A stretch of DNA of 64,000 nt from an uncultured delta proteobacterium (GTDB taxonomy: Bacteria > Desulfobacterota > Binatia > UBA9968): NCBI GenBank assembly GCA_963816145.1, contig CAWFJP010000031.1, positions 523,070 to 587,069 on the forward strand, read 5' to 3'. The position numbers were made by a program, and so were the translations under genes. A model generated the notes under the pieces. It had not been told where the DNA came from and did no database searches. It saw only the letters and a program-made list of their open reading frames with translations. This document shows, piece after piece, positions 47,706-57,918 of this stretch. The number at the start of each line of letters is the position of its first letter. Position 1 is the first letter of the stretch.

Positions 47706-49409
47706 TTAAGGTTCAACGCCAAGGTACGAATTGCGCACATATTGTAGGACCATTCGCTGGGTGTGGAAGTACGAACCGTTGAGGGAGATGGCGGAGCGGC
47801 GGATTTCCGCATAGACGTCGGGCTTGCCGTAATAGAGCGGCAAGATCGCGTGCTCGAGTTTATTATAAAGCGATTGCGCTTCGCCGGCGGCATCGGCCTC
47901 GCCGTCGTCGCCGATCGCCCAACCGGTCACTCCCTCGACATGGCCCTCGATCCACCAACCGTCTAAGACGCTCAGGCTCGGCACGCCATTGAGAGCGGCC
48001 TTCATACCGCTGGTACCGGAGGCTTCCAGGGGCCTTTCCGGGGTATTCAACCAAAGGTCGACACCCGCGCAGAGAGTGCGCGCCAGATCCATGTCATAAT
48101 TTTCCAGGTAGACGACAGGCAGTGTGTCCTTTAATTTTTCCGAAAACTCAAATATGCGGCGGATCATCGCCTTCCCCGCTTCGTCGCGGGGGTGCGCCTT
48201 GCCGCTATAGATCACCTGAAACGGGCCGGCGTGTTCGGCAATCGATTGGAGCCGTTCGAGATCGGTGAACAACAAATCGCCTCGTTTATAGCCGGCGGCG
48301 CGCCGGGCAAAACAAATCGTCAGAACATTCTCGGTGAGATGGATCTTGGTGCGCTGGGCGATTTGCGCCAGCATCTCGCGTTTGGCGAGCCGATGCGCGC
48401 GCTGCACTTCAGCGAGCGGGATTTTAATGGCGTAGCGCAGGTAAAAATTGTCGCGGCGCCACTCAGGAATGAAGCGGTCGTACAAATTGCGAAACGGCGG
48501 CGCGGTCCAGGTTGCCGCGTGCACGCCGTTGGTAATCGAATCGATGGCGTGACGGGGAAACATATCCCGGGAAATTTCCCCATGGCGCATGGCAACGCCG
48601 TTGATGTAGCGCGACAATCCGATCGCCAATGAGGTCATGTTGAGCGTCCCGTTGTCAATGCAATGTAACGCTTCGAGGGCGGTCACCCGTTCGCTGCCGA
48701 GAACCTCGCGGACCAGGTCGACGGAAAACTGATCATGGCCGGCTGGAACCGGAGTGTGGGTTGTGAAAACACAGCGCTGGCGCACCGCTTCACCATCCGA
48801 ATCCGTCACCGCGGTCAAATCGCCGCGCGTGACTTCCCGCTCCAGGAGCGCCAAAGTCAGGAACGCCGCGTGCCCCTCGTTCATGTGGTGGGTGCTGACG
48901 TTTTTATAACCGAGCGCCTGGAGCATCGCCACGCCGCCCATTCCCAAGACGATTTCCTGACAGAGGCGATGGCGGGCGTCGCCGTCGTAGAGGGCCTCGG
49001 TCAAAGTTTGCTCCCAGGGCTCGTTTTCCTTCAGTCCGGTGTCGAGAAAATAGACCGGCACCGTATGACCGAAGACCCCGCGCACGACGTAGCGCCAAGC
49101 GCGGATTCCCACCGCTCTACCGGCGATCGGCACAAACGCGCGCGGCACCATCGGTTCCAATATCTCTTCGTAGCGCCATGTAACCGGTCGCTCGGTCTGA
49201 TTGCCGTTGGCGTCCAGGGTTTGGCGAAAATAGCCTTTACGGTGCAAGAGGGTGACGCCGATCATTGGCAAGCCGAGATCGGCCGCCGCGCGCAACGTGT
49301 CGCCGGCAAGGACGCCGAGGCCGCCGCTATAGGTCGGCATGCCGGAGTCAAGGCCCACTTCCATGGAAAAGTAAGCGATATAATTCGGGCGAATTTCTTT
49401 TAAGATCAT
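47706..49409 (-). CDS. glgP: Alpha-glucan phosphorylase, short form
   Basis: [33 protein letters not shown]. Confidence 0.93.
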   Translation of the reverse strand: MILKEIRPNYIAYFSMEVGLDSGMPTYSGGLGVLAGDTLRAAADLGLPMIGVTLLHRKGYFRQTLDANGNQTERPVTWRYEEILEPMVPRAFVPIAGRAVGIRAWRYVVRGVFGHTVPVYFLDTGLKENEPWEQTLTEALYDGDARHRLCQEIVLGMGGVAMLQALGYKNVSTHHMNEGHAAFLTLALLEREVTRGDLTAVTDSDGEAVRQRCVFTTHTPVPAGHDQFSVDLVREVLGSERVTALEALHCIDNGTLNMTSLAIGLSRYINGVAMRHGEISRDMFPRHAIDSITNGVHAATWTAPPFRNLYDRFIPEWRRDNFYLRYAIKIPLAEVQRAHRLAKREMLAQIAQRTKIHLTENVLTICFARRAAGYKRGDLLFTDLERLQSIAEHAGPFQVIYSGKAHPRDEAGKAMIRRIFEFSEKLKDTLPVVYLENYDMDLARTLCAGVDLWLNTPERPLEASGTSGMKAALNGVPSLSVLDGWWIEGHVEGVTGWAIGDDGEADAAGEAQSLYNKLEHAILPLYYGKPDVYAEIRRSAISLNGSYFHTQRMVLQYVRNSYLGVEP

Positions 49410-49977
49410 TGGTGTTCACCGCTGTTTAGGCTGCCGTCTAGGCGTACCACAGGATCGCAACCATTAAATTTATAGGTCGATTGTTTTTGCCAGCGGGTCT
49501 CCGGCTTGACTGCTGAGCGGTGTGATAGCGATTTGAACATGCTGATAATCCGGCCAATGTTGGGAGCCGTCAAATGGTATAAAATTATCGATAGCCACCA
49601 AATCGGCAAACGATACCAAAAAAACCTTACGCAGAAAGCATACCACCATCGAAAAGTGCGAATTTCGGCAAAGTTCCCGCGATTCGAACGCAGGTTACAA
49701 GCGAAGTCAGATCGGAGCGCTAAAAATTAAGCAGCGGGCGCTTAAAAAACGGGCGAAGACCATGGACGCCATCTCTTCCCGACCGTAACGAGATCGAATA
49801 TCCAGAACCATGAACAGTGGCGGATTCGCTGCACTCTAATGTGGGATTGCGTCTGCCGGCTCCGATGGGAGTGTGCACGAGCGCATCTTAATTTCCGGCA
49901 CCGAATTCGCACTGAAAGCCGCATAGGACAAATCTTGCGCGCCAACGATGCGGCCGCGCGGATGCGCGCTGGAAACA

Positions 49978-52743
49978 ATGGATCCCATTGACGACGCTGA
50001 GTTGGGTCTCGATAAAGATCAGCCCCTGCGGGAAGACGTTCGTCTACTTGGCCGTCTGCTCGGGGATACGCTGCGCGAGCGACAGGGTCACGCGGCCTTC
50101 ACTCTGGTCGAAGCCATTCGACAAACGGCCGTGCGTTTCCGCCGCAACGGCCAGCCCGACGCCCGCACGCAACTGCAGCTAACTCTCAGTGGTTTGAGCG
50201 ACGACGCCACCGTCGCGGTTGCCCGCGCTTTCAGTTATTTCTCACAGATGAGCAACATCGCCGAGGATTTGCACCGTAACCGGCGCCACCGGGCGCATCA
50301 ATTCGCCGCCTCCGCGGCACTGCCGGGGAGTCTGGCGCACGCCATCCGGCGCGCCAAGGTCAAGGGAATTACCGCCTCGGAAATTCAAAAATTTTTCAAC
50401 GGCGCGCTGGTCATGCCGGTGCTCACAGCCCACCCAACTGAAGTGCAGCGCAAGAGTATTCTCGACGGCCTGCGAGATATCGCAGTGTTGCTCCATGAGC
50501 GCGACCGGGTCCAGCTCACGCCGAGCGAACGGGCGCACAATGAAGACGGGCTACGACGGGCGATTCTGACACTCTGGCAGACCCGCGTGTTGCGCGAATT
50601 GACGCTTTCGGTCCGGGATGAAATCGACAATGGTCTATCTTATTTCGACACGACGTTTCTCGAACAGCTGCCTCGGCTTTACGGTGAAATCGAGGATTCG
50701 CTCAATAGCCATTGGCCGGGCGGTTTTTCTCTCCCGGCTTTTATGAAAGTAGGCACTTGGATCGGCGGCGACCGGGACGGTAATCCTCAGGTCAACGCGG
50801 CGGTTTTGCACTATGCTCTCGAGCGCCAGTCTGCCGTCGCGATCGACTATTATTTGGCCGAAGTCCGTCAACTTCGTCGGGAGCTTTCCCAGTCGCAGCG
50901 CTTGGTGCGGGTGACGCCTGCCGTCGAGCAGCTCGCCGGGCGCTCCGTCGATCAATCAGCGCATCGGCGCGACGAACCTTACCGCCTGGCTTTGAGTCAT
51001 ATGCATGAGCGGCTTTTGGCAACAGCTGCGGCTTTGAACCGTGGTGCGCCGGCTGCGCCGAGCGAAAAATGCGCGGCTCCTTTCGCCGTATCCGGCGAAT
51101 TAGCCGGCGATCTCCAACTCATCACAGATTCTCTTGAGCAGCATGGTTCGGCGCGGGTTGCCCGGGGACGTCTGCGCAGCCTGCAACGCGCCGTCTCCAT
51201 ATTCGGCTTTCATCTGGCGCCGGTGGATTTGCGGCAACATAGCGAGGTATATGGACGGGTGGTCGCCGAGCTGTTCCAGGCCGGCGTGCGCCGCGCCGGT
51301 TATGATCAGTTGGCCGAAGCCGAGCGTCAACGCTGGCTGATCGAAGAGCTCACGCTGCCTCGTCTGCTGCGCTCACCGCACGAGACTTACAACGGTGAGA
51401 CCGAATCGGAGCTCAAGATCTTCGATATGGCGGCGCTGCTGCAACGCCGATACGGCGTGGAGGCTCTCCCGACCACGATCGTCTCGATGGCGACAGCGGT
51501 GAGCGACCTGCTGGAAGCGGCATTGCTCCTTAAAGAAGCAGGTTTATTGCTGGCGCCGCCGCAGGCGCGGCTGGCGATGAATATCGTGCCTTTGTTTGAA
51601 ACCATCGCGAGTCTGCGCGATGCCGGCCGAATTATCGACCAGCTGTTAAGTTTACCATTATACCGCCAATTGCTAGCCAGCCGCGGCGATGTGCAGGAGG
51701 TCATGCTGGGCTATTCCGACAGTAATAAGGATGGCGGCTACCTGACCTCGAACTGGGAACTCTATAAGGCGGAGATCGATCTCATTGAAGTCTGCCGGCG
51801 GCAAAGCATAAAGCTTCGGCTTTTCCATGGCCGGGGCGGCACCGTGGGCCGCGGCGGTGGTCCCAGCTATCAAGCGATCCTGGCGCAGCCGGCGGGCAGT
51901 GTCTCGGGACAGATTCGCATCACCGAGCAGGGCGAGGTGATCGCCAGCAAATATGCCGATCCTGAAATCGGCCGGCGCAACTTGGAGACGTTGGTGGCGG
52001 CGACCATGGAAGCGACGATTTTTTACACCGATGGCGGATCGAATGACAGCTTTCACGGGACCATGGAGGAGCTTTCTGAAGCGGCCTTGCGAGCCTACCG
52101 ATCCCTCGTCTACGAGACCCCGGGTTTTCTCGATTTCTTTCGCAGTGCGACTCCGATTGAAGAAATTGCCGGCATGCACGTTGGCAGCCGACCGGCGGCG
52201 CGCAACGCGTCGCGGCGAATCGAAGACTTGCGAGCGATTCCCTGGGTATTTAGCTGGTCGCTGGCGCGCATCATGCTGCCAGGATGGTTTGGCTTCGGGA
52301 CGGCGGTCGATGTTTTCGTTGCGCGTCAAGGCGAAGCTGGGATTGAATTGTTACGCGAAATGTATGATCGCTGGCCATTCTTTAACACGCTGCTGTCGAA
52401 TATGGACATGGTTTTGGCCAAAAGCGATATCCACATCGCGTCGCGCTATGCTGAGTTGGTGGGCGACATGACGCTGCGGGAATCCATCTTCAAGCGCATT
52501 CAACATGAGTATCAGCGCACGGTCGCACGCTTACTGAAGATCACGCGACAGTCGGAATTGCTCGCCGGCAATCCCTTGTTGGCGCGCAGCCTGCGCAATC
52601 GCGTGCCTTACATTGACCCGCTCAATCATATCCAAGTCGAAGCTCTCAAGCGTTATCGTTGTGGCCAAACCGATGAGCGGGTGAAGCGCACTATATTGCT
52701 CACGGTCAATGGCATCGCCGCCGGCCTGCGCAACAGCGGCTAG
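49978..52743 (+). CDS. ppc: Phosphoenolpyruvate carboxylase
   Basis: VLTAHPTE, WIGGDRDGNP, QEVMLGYSDSNKDGG, FHGRGGTVGRGG, terminal RNSG. Confidence 0.96.
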   Translation: MDPIDDAELGLDKDQPLREDVRLLGRLLGDTLRERQGHAAFTLVEAIRQTAVRFRRNGQPDARTQLQLTLSGLSDDATVAVARAFSYFSQMSNIAEDLHRNRRHRAHQFAASAALPGSLAHAIRRAKVKGITASEIQKFFNGALVMPVLTAHPTEVQRKSILDGLRDIAVLLHERDRVQLTPSERAHNEDGLRRAILTLWQTRVLRELTLSVRDEIDNGLSYFDTTFLEQLPRLYGEIEDSLNSHWPGGFSLPAFMKVGTWIGGDRDGNPQVNAAVLHYALERQSAVAIDYYLAEVRQLRRELSQSQRLVRVTPAVEQLAGRSVDQSAHRRDEPYRLALSHMHERLLATAAALNRGAPAAPSEKCAAPFAVSGELAGDLQLITDSLEQHGSARVARGRLRSLQRAVSIFGFHLAPVDLRQHSEVYGRVVAELFQAGVRRAGYDQLAEAERQRWLIEELTLPRLLRSPHETYNGETESELKIFDMAALLQRRYGVEALPTTIVSMATAVSDLLEAALLLKEAGLLLAPPQARLAMNIVPLFETIASLRDAGRIIDQLLSLPLYRQLLASRGDVQEVMLGYSDSNKDGGYLTSNWELYKAEIDLIEVCRRQSIKLRLFHGRGGTVGRGGGPSYQAILAQPAGSVSGQIRITEQGEVIASKYADPEIGRRNLETLVAATMEATIFYTDGGSNDSFHGTMEELSEAALRAYRSLVYETPGFLDFFRSATPIEEIAGMHVGSRPAARNASRRIEDLRAIPWVFSWSLARIMLPGWFGFGTAVDVFVARQGEAGIELLREMYDRWPFFNTLLSNMDMVLAKSDIHIASRYAELVGDMTLRESIFKRIQHEYQRTVARLLKITRQSELLAGNPLLARSLRNRVPYIDPLNHIQVEALKRYRCGQTDERVKRTILLTVNGIAAGLRNSG

Positions 52744-52821
52744 ACAAAATCATCGCCCCCTGGGACGATGCGCACTTGTTGGTCAGGTATTAAGCAGAAT
52801 GATCACGAAGGGATTTAGATC

Positions 52822-55491
52822 ATGAGTCAAACTCAACACACGCACCTGGCTGCGGATTACGTTCTGACTTTGGAAGAAATCGCGGCGTTGGCTGCCGAAG
52901 CCGGCAACCCGGCTGAAACTTTGATGAATGTTGTCGCGTTGATCGCTCAGCGATTTCAGACCGACGTATGTTCGGCGTATTTACTCGAGCCGGATCGCGC
53001 CAACCTGGTCCTGGCCGCCACGCTTGGACTGCGCCCGCAATGCATCGGCACCCTGCGCATGCCGATTCACGAGGGGCTCTCCGGTCTGGTGGCGGAGGAA
53101 GTGCGCCCGGTCGCGGTGCAGCAAGTGAAAAACCATCCGCGCTTTAAATATTTTAAAGAAGCTGGTGAAGAGGCTTACCAATCCTTTCTCGGCGTCCCGC
53201 TCATCGATCGGGGAGTTTTGCAGGGAGTCCTGGTGGTTCAAACCATCGAGGATCGTTGTTTTCAAGATGTCGAGATCCTCATGATGACCGAGGCCGCCGT
53301 GCAGCTTGCGCCGGTGGTCTCTGAAGCGCGCACTCTGGCGCGCTTCATCGCGCCGCTTCAGGAGCGGCTCTGGTCCTTGGCGCGTAATCTCTGGTGGAGT
53401 TGGGATCAAGACTCGGGCAACGTGTTTCTCGACCTCGACCCGACGCGCTGGCGCCAGCTCAATCACAACCCGGTCACCTTGCTCAGCGAGATGCCATTAT
53501 CGGGGATCGAGCACCGGGCTCGGGAGCTGGTGCTGCACGGCCGGATCAATTACGCCTACCGGCGCCAGCAGGAATATCTCCAAGCGGACCGCACCTGGGG
53601 GGCGATCCACGCGGGCGTGTTGCGGCCGCACCCGGTCGCGTATTTTTCCGCCGAATTCGGCTTGCATGAATCGATACCGATTTATTCCGGCGGACTCGGC
53701 GTTTTGGCCGGCGATCATATCAAGAGCGCCTCGGATCTCGATATCCCGCTGATCGGCGTCGGCCTATTTTACAGTCACGGTTATTTCCGCCAGCAGCTCA
53801 ATCTCAACGGCTGGCAGCAAGAAGTCTACCTCCAAACCGACGTGAACGAACAGCCGATGGAGCCGGCGATCGGCGTAAATGGCGAGCCCGTCACCGTGCA
53901 AATTGAGACGCGCGGCAGCTCGATCAAGGCTAAAGTTTGGCGCATGAAAGTCGGCCGCTGCGACCTGCTGCTGCTTGACTCAAACGTAGAAGGCAACACG
54001 CCGGAAGATTTGGCACTCACCGCGAACCTGTACGGCGGCGACGCGCGTACGCGCATCCGCCATGAGCTGCTCCTCGGCGTCGGCGGGTTTCGCGCTCTAA
54101 ATGCGATGGGAATCACGCCGAGCGTGCTGCACATGAACGAAGGCCATAGCGGATTTGCGGTGCTCGAAGCGATCCGGACGCGCATGGAGGAAGAGGGCCT
54201 GAGCTTCGACCAAGCTGTGCCGCGGGTTTCACGTCAGGTGGTTTTCACGACTCACACCCCGGTGCCGGCGGGCCATGACCGCTTTAACTCCGACTTGATG
54301 GAGGAACATCTCGGACCGCTGCGCGAGCAGCTCGGCTTGTCGCATGATCGACTGATGGCGCTTGGGAGGGAAAATCCCGACAATTCTTACGAAGAGTTTT
54401 GCATGACTGTGCTGGCGCTTAAGCTGTCGCGCCGGGCCAATGCCGTATCGGCATTGCACGGCGAAGTGTCGCGCAATATGTGGACTGGGCTCTATCCAAA
54501 CAAGCCGGAAGATGCCGTGCCAATCGGCCATATCACCAACGGCGTGCATGTCCCCACCTGGTTGGCGCCGCAAATGTTCCGGCTTTACGACCGCCACTTT
54601 GGCAGCGGCTGGCACCAACACCGCGCCGACGCGCGTACTTGGGAAGCGATCGAGTCGGTTGACGACGGCGAGCTTTGGGAGACCCACTTGAGCTTGAAGT
54701 CGAGGTTGATCGACTTCGTCCGCCGGCGCGCCGTTGAGCAGGCCGAGCGCCGCGATGAGCCGCCGCTAAACTTGCGCCGAATCGCCGGAGTACTGAGCCC
54801 GGATGCGCTTACCATCGGCTTCGGGCGCCGCTTTGCCACGTACAAGCGAGCGAATCTATTGCTGAAGGACATTAAAATGCTCGCCTCCATGGTCAACGAC
54901 CCAAAACGCCCAGTGCAATTTATTTTCGCCGGCAAAGCGCATCCGCACGACGAACCCGGCAAGCGGGTCCTGCAGGAGATCGCCGAGTTGATGCGTAACC
55001 CGGAATTCGCTGAAAAGTTCGTGTTCGTCGAGGACTACGACATCAATGTCGGCCGCCATTTTGTCCAAGGCGTCGACGTTTGGTTAAACAATCCGCGCCG
55101 GCCGCTGGAAGCTTCCGGGACCAGCGGTATGAAAGTGGTTTTGAACGGCGGACTAAACCTCTCTGTTCTCGATGGCTGGTGGGCCGAAGCTTACGACGGG
55201 CAGAATGGTTTCGCCATCGGCACCGGCAAGACCCATACGAACATGGATGTTCACGATACCCGCGACGGTGAAGACTTGTACAAGACCCTGCGCGAAGAAG
55301 TGATCCCGCTTTACTACCAGCGCGACCGCGATGGCCTGCCGCGCGGCTGGATCAAACGCATGAAGCGCACAATCCGCACCCTTGGCTGGCGCTTCAACGC
55401 CGATCGCATGGTGATGGACTACACGACACAGTGCTACGTCCCCGCCGCCGGCGGCAGATCGAGCGATATGAGCCAGACGCTGGGCGGTTGA
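52822..55491 (+). CDS. glgP: Alpha-glucan phosphorylase with N-terminal PtsP-type GAF domain
   Basis: N-terminal DVCSAYL..EGLSGLVA..HPRFKY..SFLGVP..GVLVVQ; then [29 protein letters not shown]. Confidence 0.93.
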   Translation: MSQTQHTHLAADYVLTLEEIAALAAEAGNPAETLMNVVALIAQRFQTDVCSAYLLEPDRANLVLAATLGLRPQCIGTLRMPIHEGLSGLVAEEVRPVAVQQVKNHPRFKYFKEAGEEAYQSFLGVPLIDRGVLQGVLVVQTIEDRCFQDVEILMMTEAAVQLAPVVSEARTLARFIAPLQERLWSLARNLWWSWDQDSGNVFLDLDPTRWRQLNHNPVTLLSEMPLSGIEHRARELVLHGRINYAYRRQQEYLQADRTWGAIHAGVLRPHPVAYFSAEFGLHESIPIYSGGLGVLAGDHIKSASDLDIPLIGVGLFYSHGYFRQQLNLNGWQQEVYLQTDVNEQPMEPAIGVNGEPVTVQIETRGSSIKAKVWRMKVGRCDLLLLDSNVEGNTPEDLALTANLYGGDARTRIRHELLLGVGGFRALNAMGITPSVLHMNEGHSGFAVLEAIRTRMEEEGLSFDQAVPRVSRQVVFTTHTPVPAGHDRFNSDLMEEHLGPLREQLGLSHDRLMALGRENPDNSYEEFCMTVLALKLSRRANAVSALHGEVSRNMWTGLYPNKPEDAVPIGHITNGVHVPTWLAPQMFRLYDRHFGSGWHQHRADARTWEAIESVDDGELWETHLSLKSRLIDFVRRRAVEQAERRDEPPLNLRRIAGVLSPDALTIGFGRRFATYKRANLLLKDIKMLASMVNDPKRPVQFIFAGKAHPHDEPGKRVLQEIAELMRNPEFAEKFVFVEDYDINVGRHFVQGVDVWLNNPRRPLEASGTSGMKVVLNGGLNLSVLDGWWAEAYDGQNGFAIGTGKTHTNMDVHDTRDGEDLYKTLREEVIPLYYQRDRDGLPRGWIKRMKRTIRTLGWRFNADRMVMDYTTQCYVPAAGGRSSDMSQTLGG

Positions 55492-55519
55492 AATCCGCTT
55501 ATCTCTTCAGCCCGGATTG

Positions 55520-56175
55520 ATGTTTTTATTCTCGTATTGGTGCTCAACTGTGGCAGCTCGTCAGTGAAGTTTCAGCTGATTGAGACCTGCGACTTAGTTG
55601 CTCCCCAGGGCGATCGCAAAATCGCCACCGGTTTGGTGGAACGGCGCAGCACGGATTCCACGTTGGCGTTCCGGAGCATCGGTGCAAGCGCCGGAACGGT
55701 GGAAAAAATCACCGTGCCGGATCATGAGGCTGAGGTTGCGCCTCTTGCGCGGATTTACGCCCGATCTCAAGATTCGCTTCATCAATGTCGTCGATCCGAT
55801 GACGCTGCAGCCGGCCGAGGAGCAGCCGCATGGTTCATCACCTAAGGATTTCGGCGCGGTTTTTAACCCCGATAAGCCGATTGTCTTCGCCGCTCACGGC
55901 TATCCCGGGCTAATTCACCGGCTGACCTACCGACGCACCAATCATGACAATTTTCACGTCCGGCGCGAGGAGGGGACTACAGTCACGCCCTTCGACAGGT
56001 GGTGCGCAACGACATGGACCGCTTTCATCTGGTGGCCGATGTGATCGACGGGATGACCAAACTGGGTTATCACGCGGTCTGCGTCAAGCACGCGATTCGC
56101 GACAAGCTGATCGATCGTAGTGAATACATCACCAGCCACGGCGACGACTTGCCGGAGATTCGCAATTGGCACTAG
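55520..56175 (+). pseudogene. Deletion remnant joining the acetate kinase N-terminus to the phosphoketolase C-terminus
   Basis: VLNCGSSSVKFQL (AckA), then in other frames [45 protein letters not shown] (Xfp). Confidence 0.85.
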
Positions 56176-56341
56176 CCGGCTGACTGAGCAACCCGTAGTA
56201 GAATGAGGATCTTGCTTTATCAGAGGCCGCGCGAACCGATCACAATCACCACTGATCAAAGCGCGGGCACTGGCGTGTTTAAAATATAGTCGGCTGCTCG
56301 AACTCAAGGCAATTTGCTATACAGAATGCGACGGGGCGTCT

Positions 56342-56357
56342 TGGCATGGCCTTTGCT
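56342..56357 (+). promoter_or_regulatory. Sigma-54 promoter for the second ATP-grasp operon
   Basis: TGGCATGGCCTTTGCT (GG-N10-GC, near consensus). Confidence 0.7.
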
Positions 56358-56434
56358 GTAGACGATCGGCTTAGGTAATATGCCACCAGGTTTAAAATGT
56401 TATTGATCGGATGCAAGGCTCCTGCGGCTTGAAT

Positions 56435-57868
56435 ATGCTTTTTAATTCTTACGATACCGACAATTTTCACGATGAGATGTTTGTAACCAACAAAGCGCCT
56501 CGCGCCGGTGCGCGCTTGCTGAAAGAGTTAATTGAGTCGTTGCCCGACGGCGAGCTACTGGCGCGCCAAGCGGCCGCCGAAAGGTTGCTGTTGCAGAACG
56601 GCATCACCTTTAACGTTTATAACGACAGCGCGGCTACCGAAAAGATATTCCCTTTTGACGTCATCCCGCGGATTGTCGAAGCGGCTGAATGGGATTGGAT
56701 CGAAAAGGGCTTGAAGCAGCGCGTCTACGCCCTCAATTTGTTTATCGACGATATTTATCACGAGCAGAAAATCGTCAAGGACAACGTGGTTCCGGAGTAC
56801 CTGATCCAATCGGCGCGCTCCTTTCGAAAAGAATGCGTCGGACTAAACCCGCCGCAAAAGGTTTGGTGCCATATTACCGGCACCGATCTGGTGCGCGACC
56901 GCGATGGCCAGATGTATGTTTTGGAAGACAATCTGCGCTGCCCTTCCGGTGTCTCCTACGTCCTGGAAAACCGCCGGATTATGAAGCGGACCTTTCCTCA
57001 GGTCTTCGAAGCTTCGCGGGTGCGGCCGGTGGACGAGTATCCGAGCCGCTTGCTATCGACCCTCCAGTCGCTGTTTCCAGGGGCGATCGACTCGCCAAAA
57101 GTCGCTGTGCTGACGCCGGGCATTTATAATTCGGCCTATTACGAACACTCCTTCCTAGCCCAGCAAATGGGCGTCGAATTGGTCGAGGGGCGCGACCTAG
57201 TGGCGGTCAATAATCGGATCATGATGCGCACCACCAAAGGGTTCGAGCCGGTCGATGTGCTTTATCGGCGCATCGACGATGATTTTCTCGACCCGCAGGT
57301 GTTTCGCGCCGATTCGTTGCTCGGTGTGGCCGGGCTGATGGATATTTATAAGAAGGGGCGTGTGGCGTTGGCGAACGCGCCGGGAACCGGCATCGCCGAC
57401 GATAAATCGATCTACGCCTATGTGCCGAAGATCATCGAATACTATCTTGGCGAAAAGATCGTGATCCCCAACGTGCCGACCTATATTTGCGCCGAGCCCA
57501 AGGAACTCTCCTACGTGGTCGGTAATTTAGACAAATTAGTGGTCAAAGCCGTCAACGAATCGGGCGGCTACGGCATGCTTGTCGGTCCCCACGCAACGGC
57601 CGAGGAGCGCACCGAGTTTGCCCGGCGGATACAAGACAATCCGCGCAACTATATCGCCCAGCCGACGCTGGGCTTATCGCGCGTGCCGGTGATCGCCGGA
57701 GGCGAGGTCGTCGGGCGCCACGTCGATCTGCGCCCGTATGTGCTCTACGGCAGCGACATTTATGTGCTGCCGGGCGGCCTTACCCGGGTCGCGCTCAAAG
57801 CGGGGTCATTGGTGGTTAACTCGTCTCAGGGCGGCGGGAGTAAGGATACTTGGGTGTTACAAGCGTGA
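56435..57868 (+). CDS. Circularly permuted ATP-grasp type 2 protein
   Basis: LEDNLRCPSGVSY, LTPGIYNSAYYEH, YRRIDDDFLDP, VVNSSQGGGSKDTWV. Confidence 0.94.
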   Translation: MLFNSYDTDNFHDEMFVTNKAPRAGARLLKELIESLPDGELLARQAAAERLLLQNGITFNVYNDSAATEKIFPFDVIPRIVEAAEWDWIEKGLKQRVYALNLFIDDIYHEQKIVKDNVVPEYLIQSARSFRKECVGLNPPQKVWCHITGTDLVRDRDGQMYVLEDNLRCPSGVSYVLENRRIMKRTFPQVFEASRVRPVDEYPSRLLSTLQSLFPGAIDSPKVAVLTPGIYNSAYYEHSFLAQQMGVELVEGRDLVAVNNRIMMRTTKGFEPVDVLYRRIDDDFLDPQVFRADSLLGVAGLMDIYKKGRVALANAPGTGIADDKSIYAYVPKIIEYYLGEKIVIPNVPTYICAEPKELSYVVGNLDKLVVKAVNESGGYGMLVGPHATAEERTEFARRIQDNPRNYIAQPTLGLSRVPVIAGGEVVGRHVDLRPYVLYGSDIYVLPGGLTRVALKAGSLVVNSSQGGGSKDTWVLQA

Positions 57869-57918
57869 TGCTGCCCAAATGAGCCAATCGCAGTGCGGCG
57901 GAATCGTCGAAACCAGCT

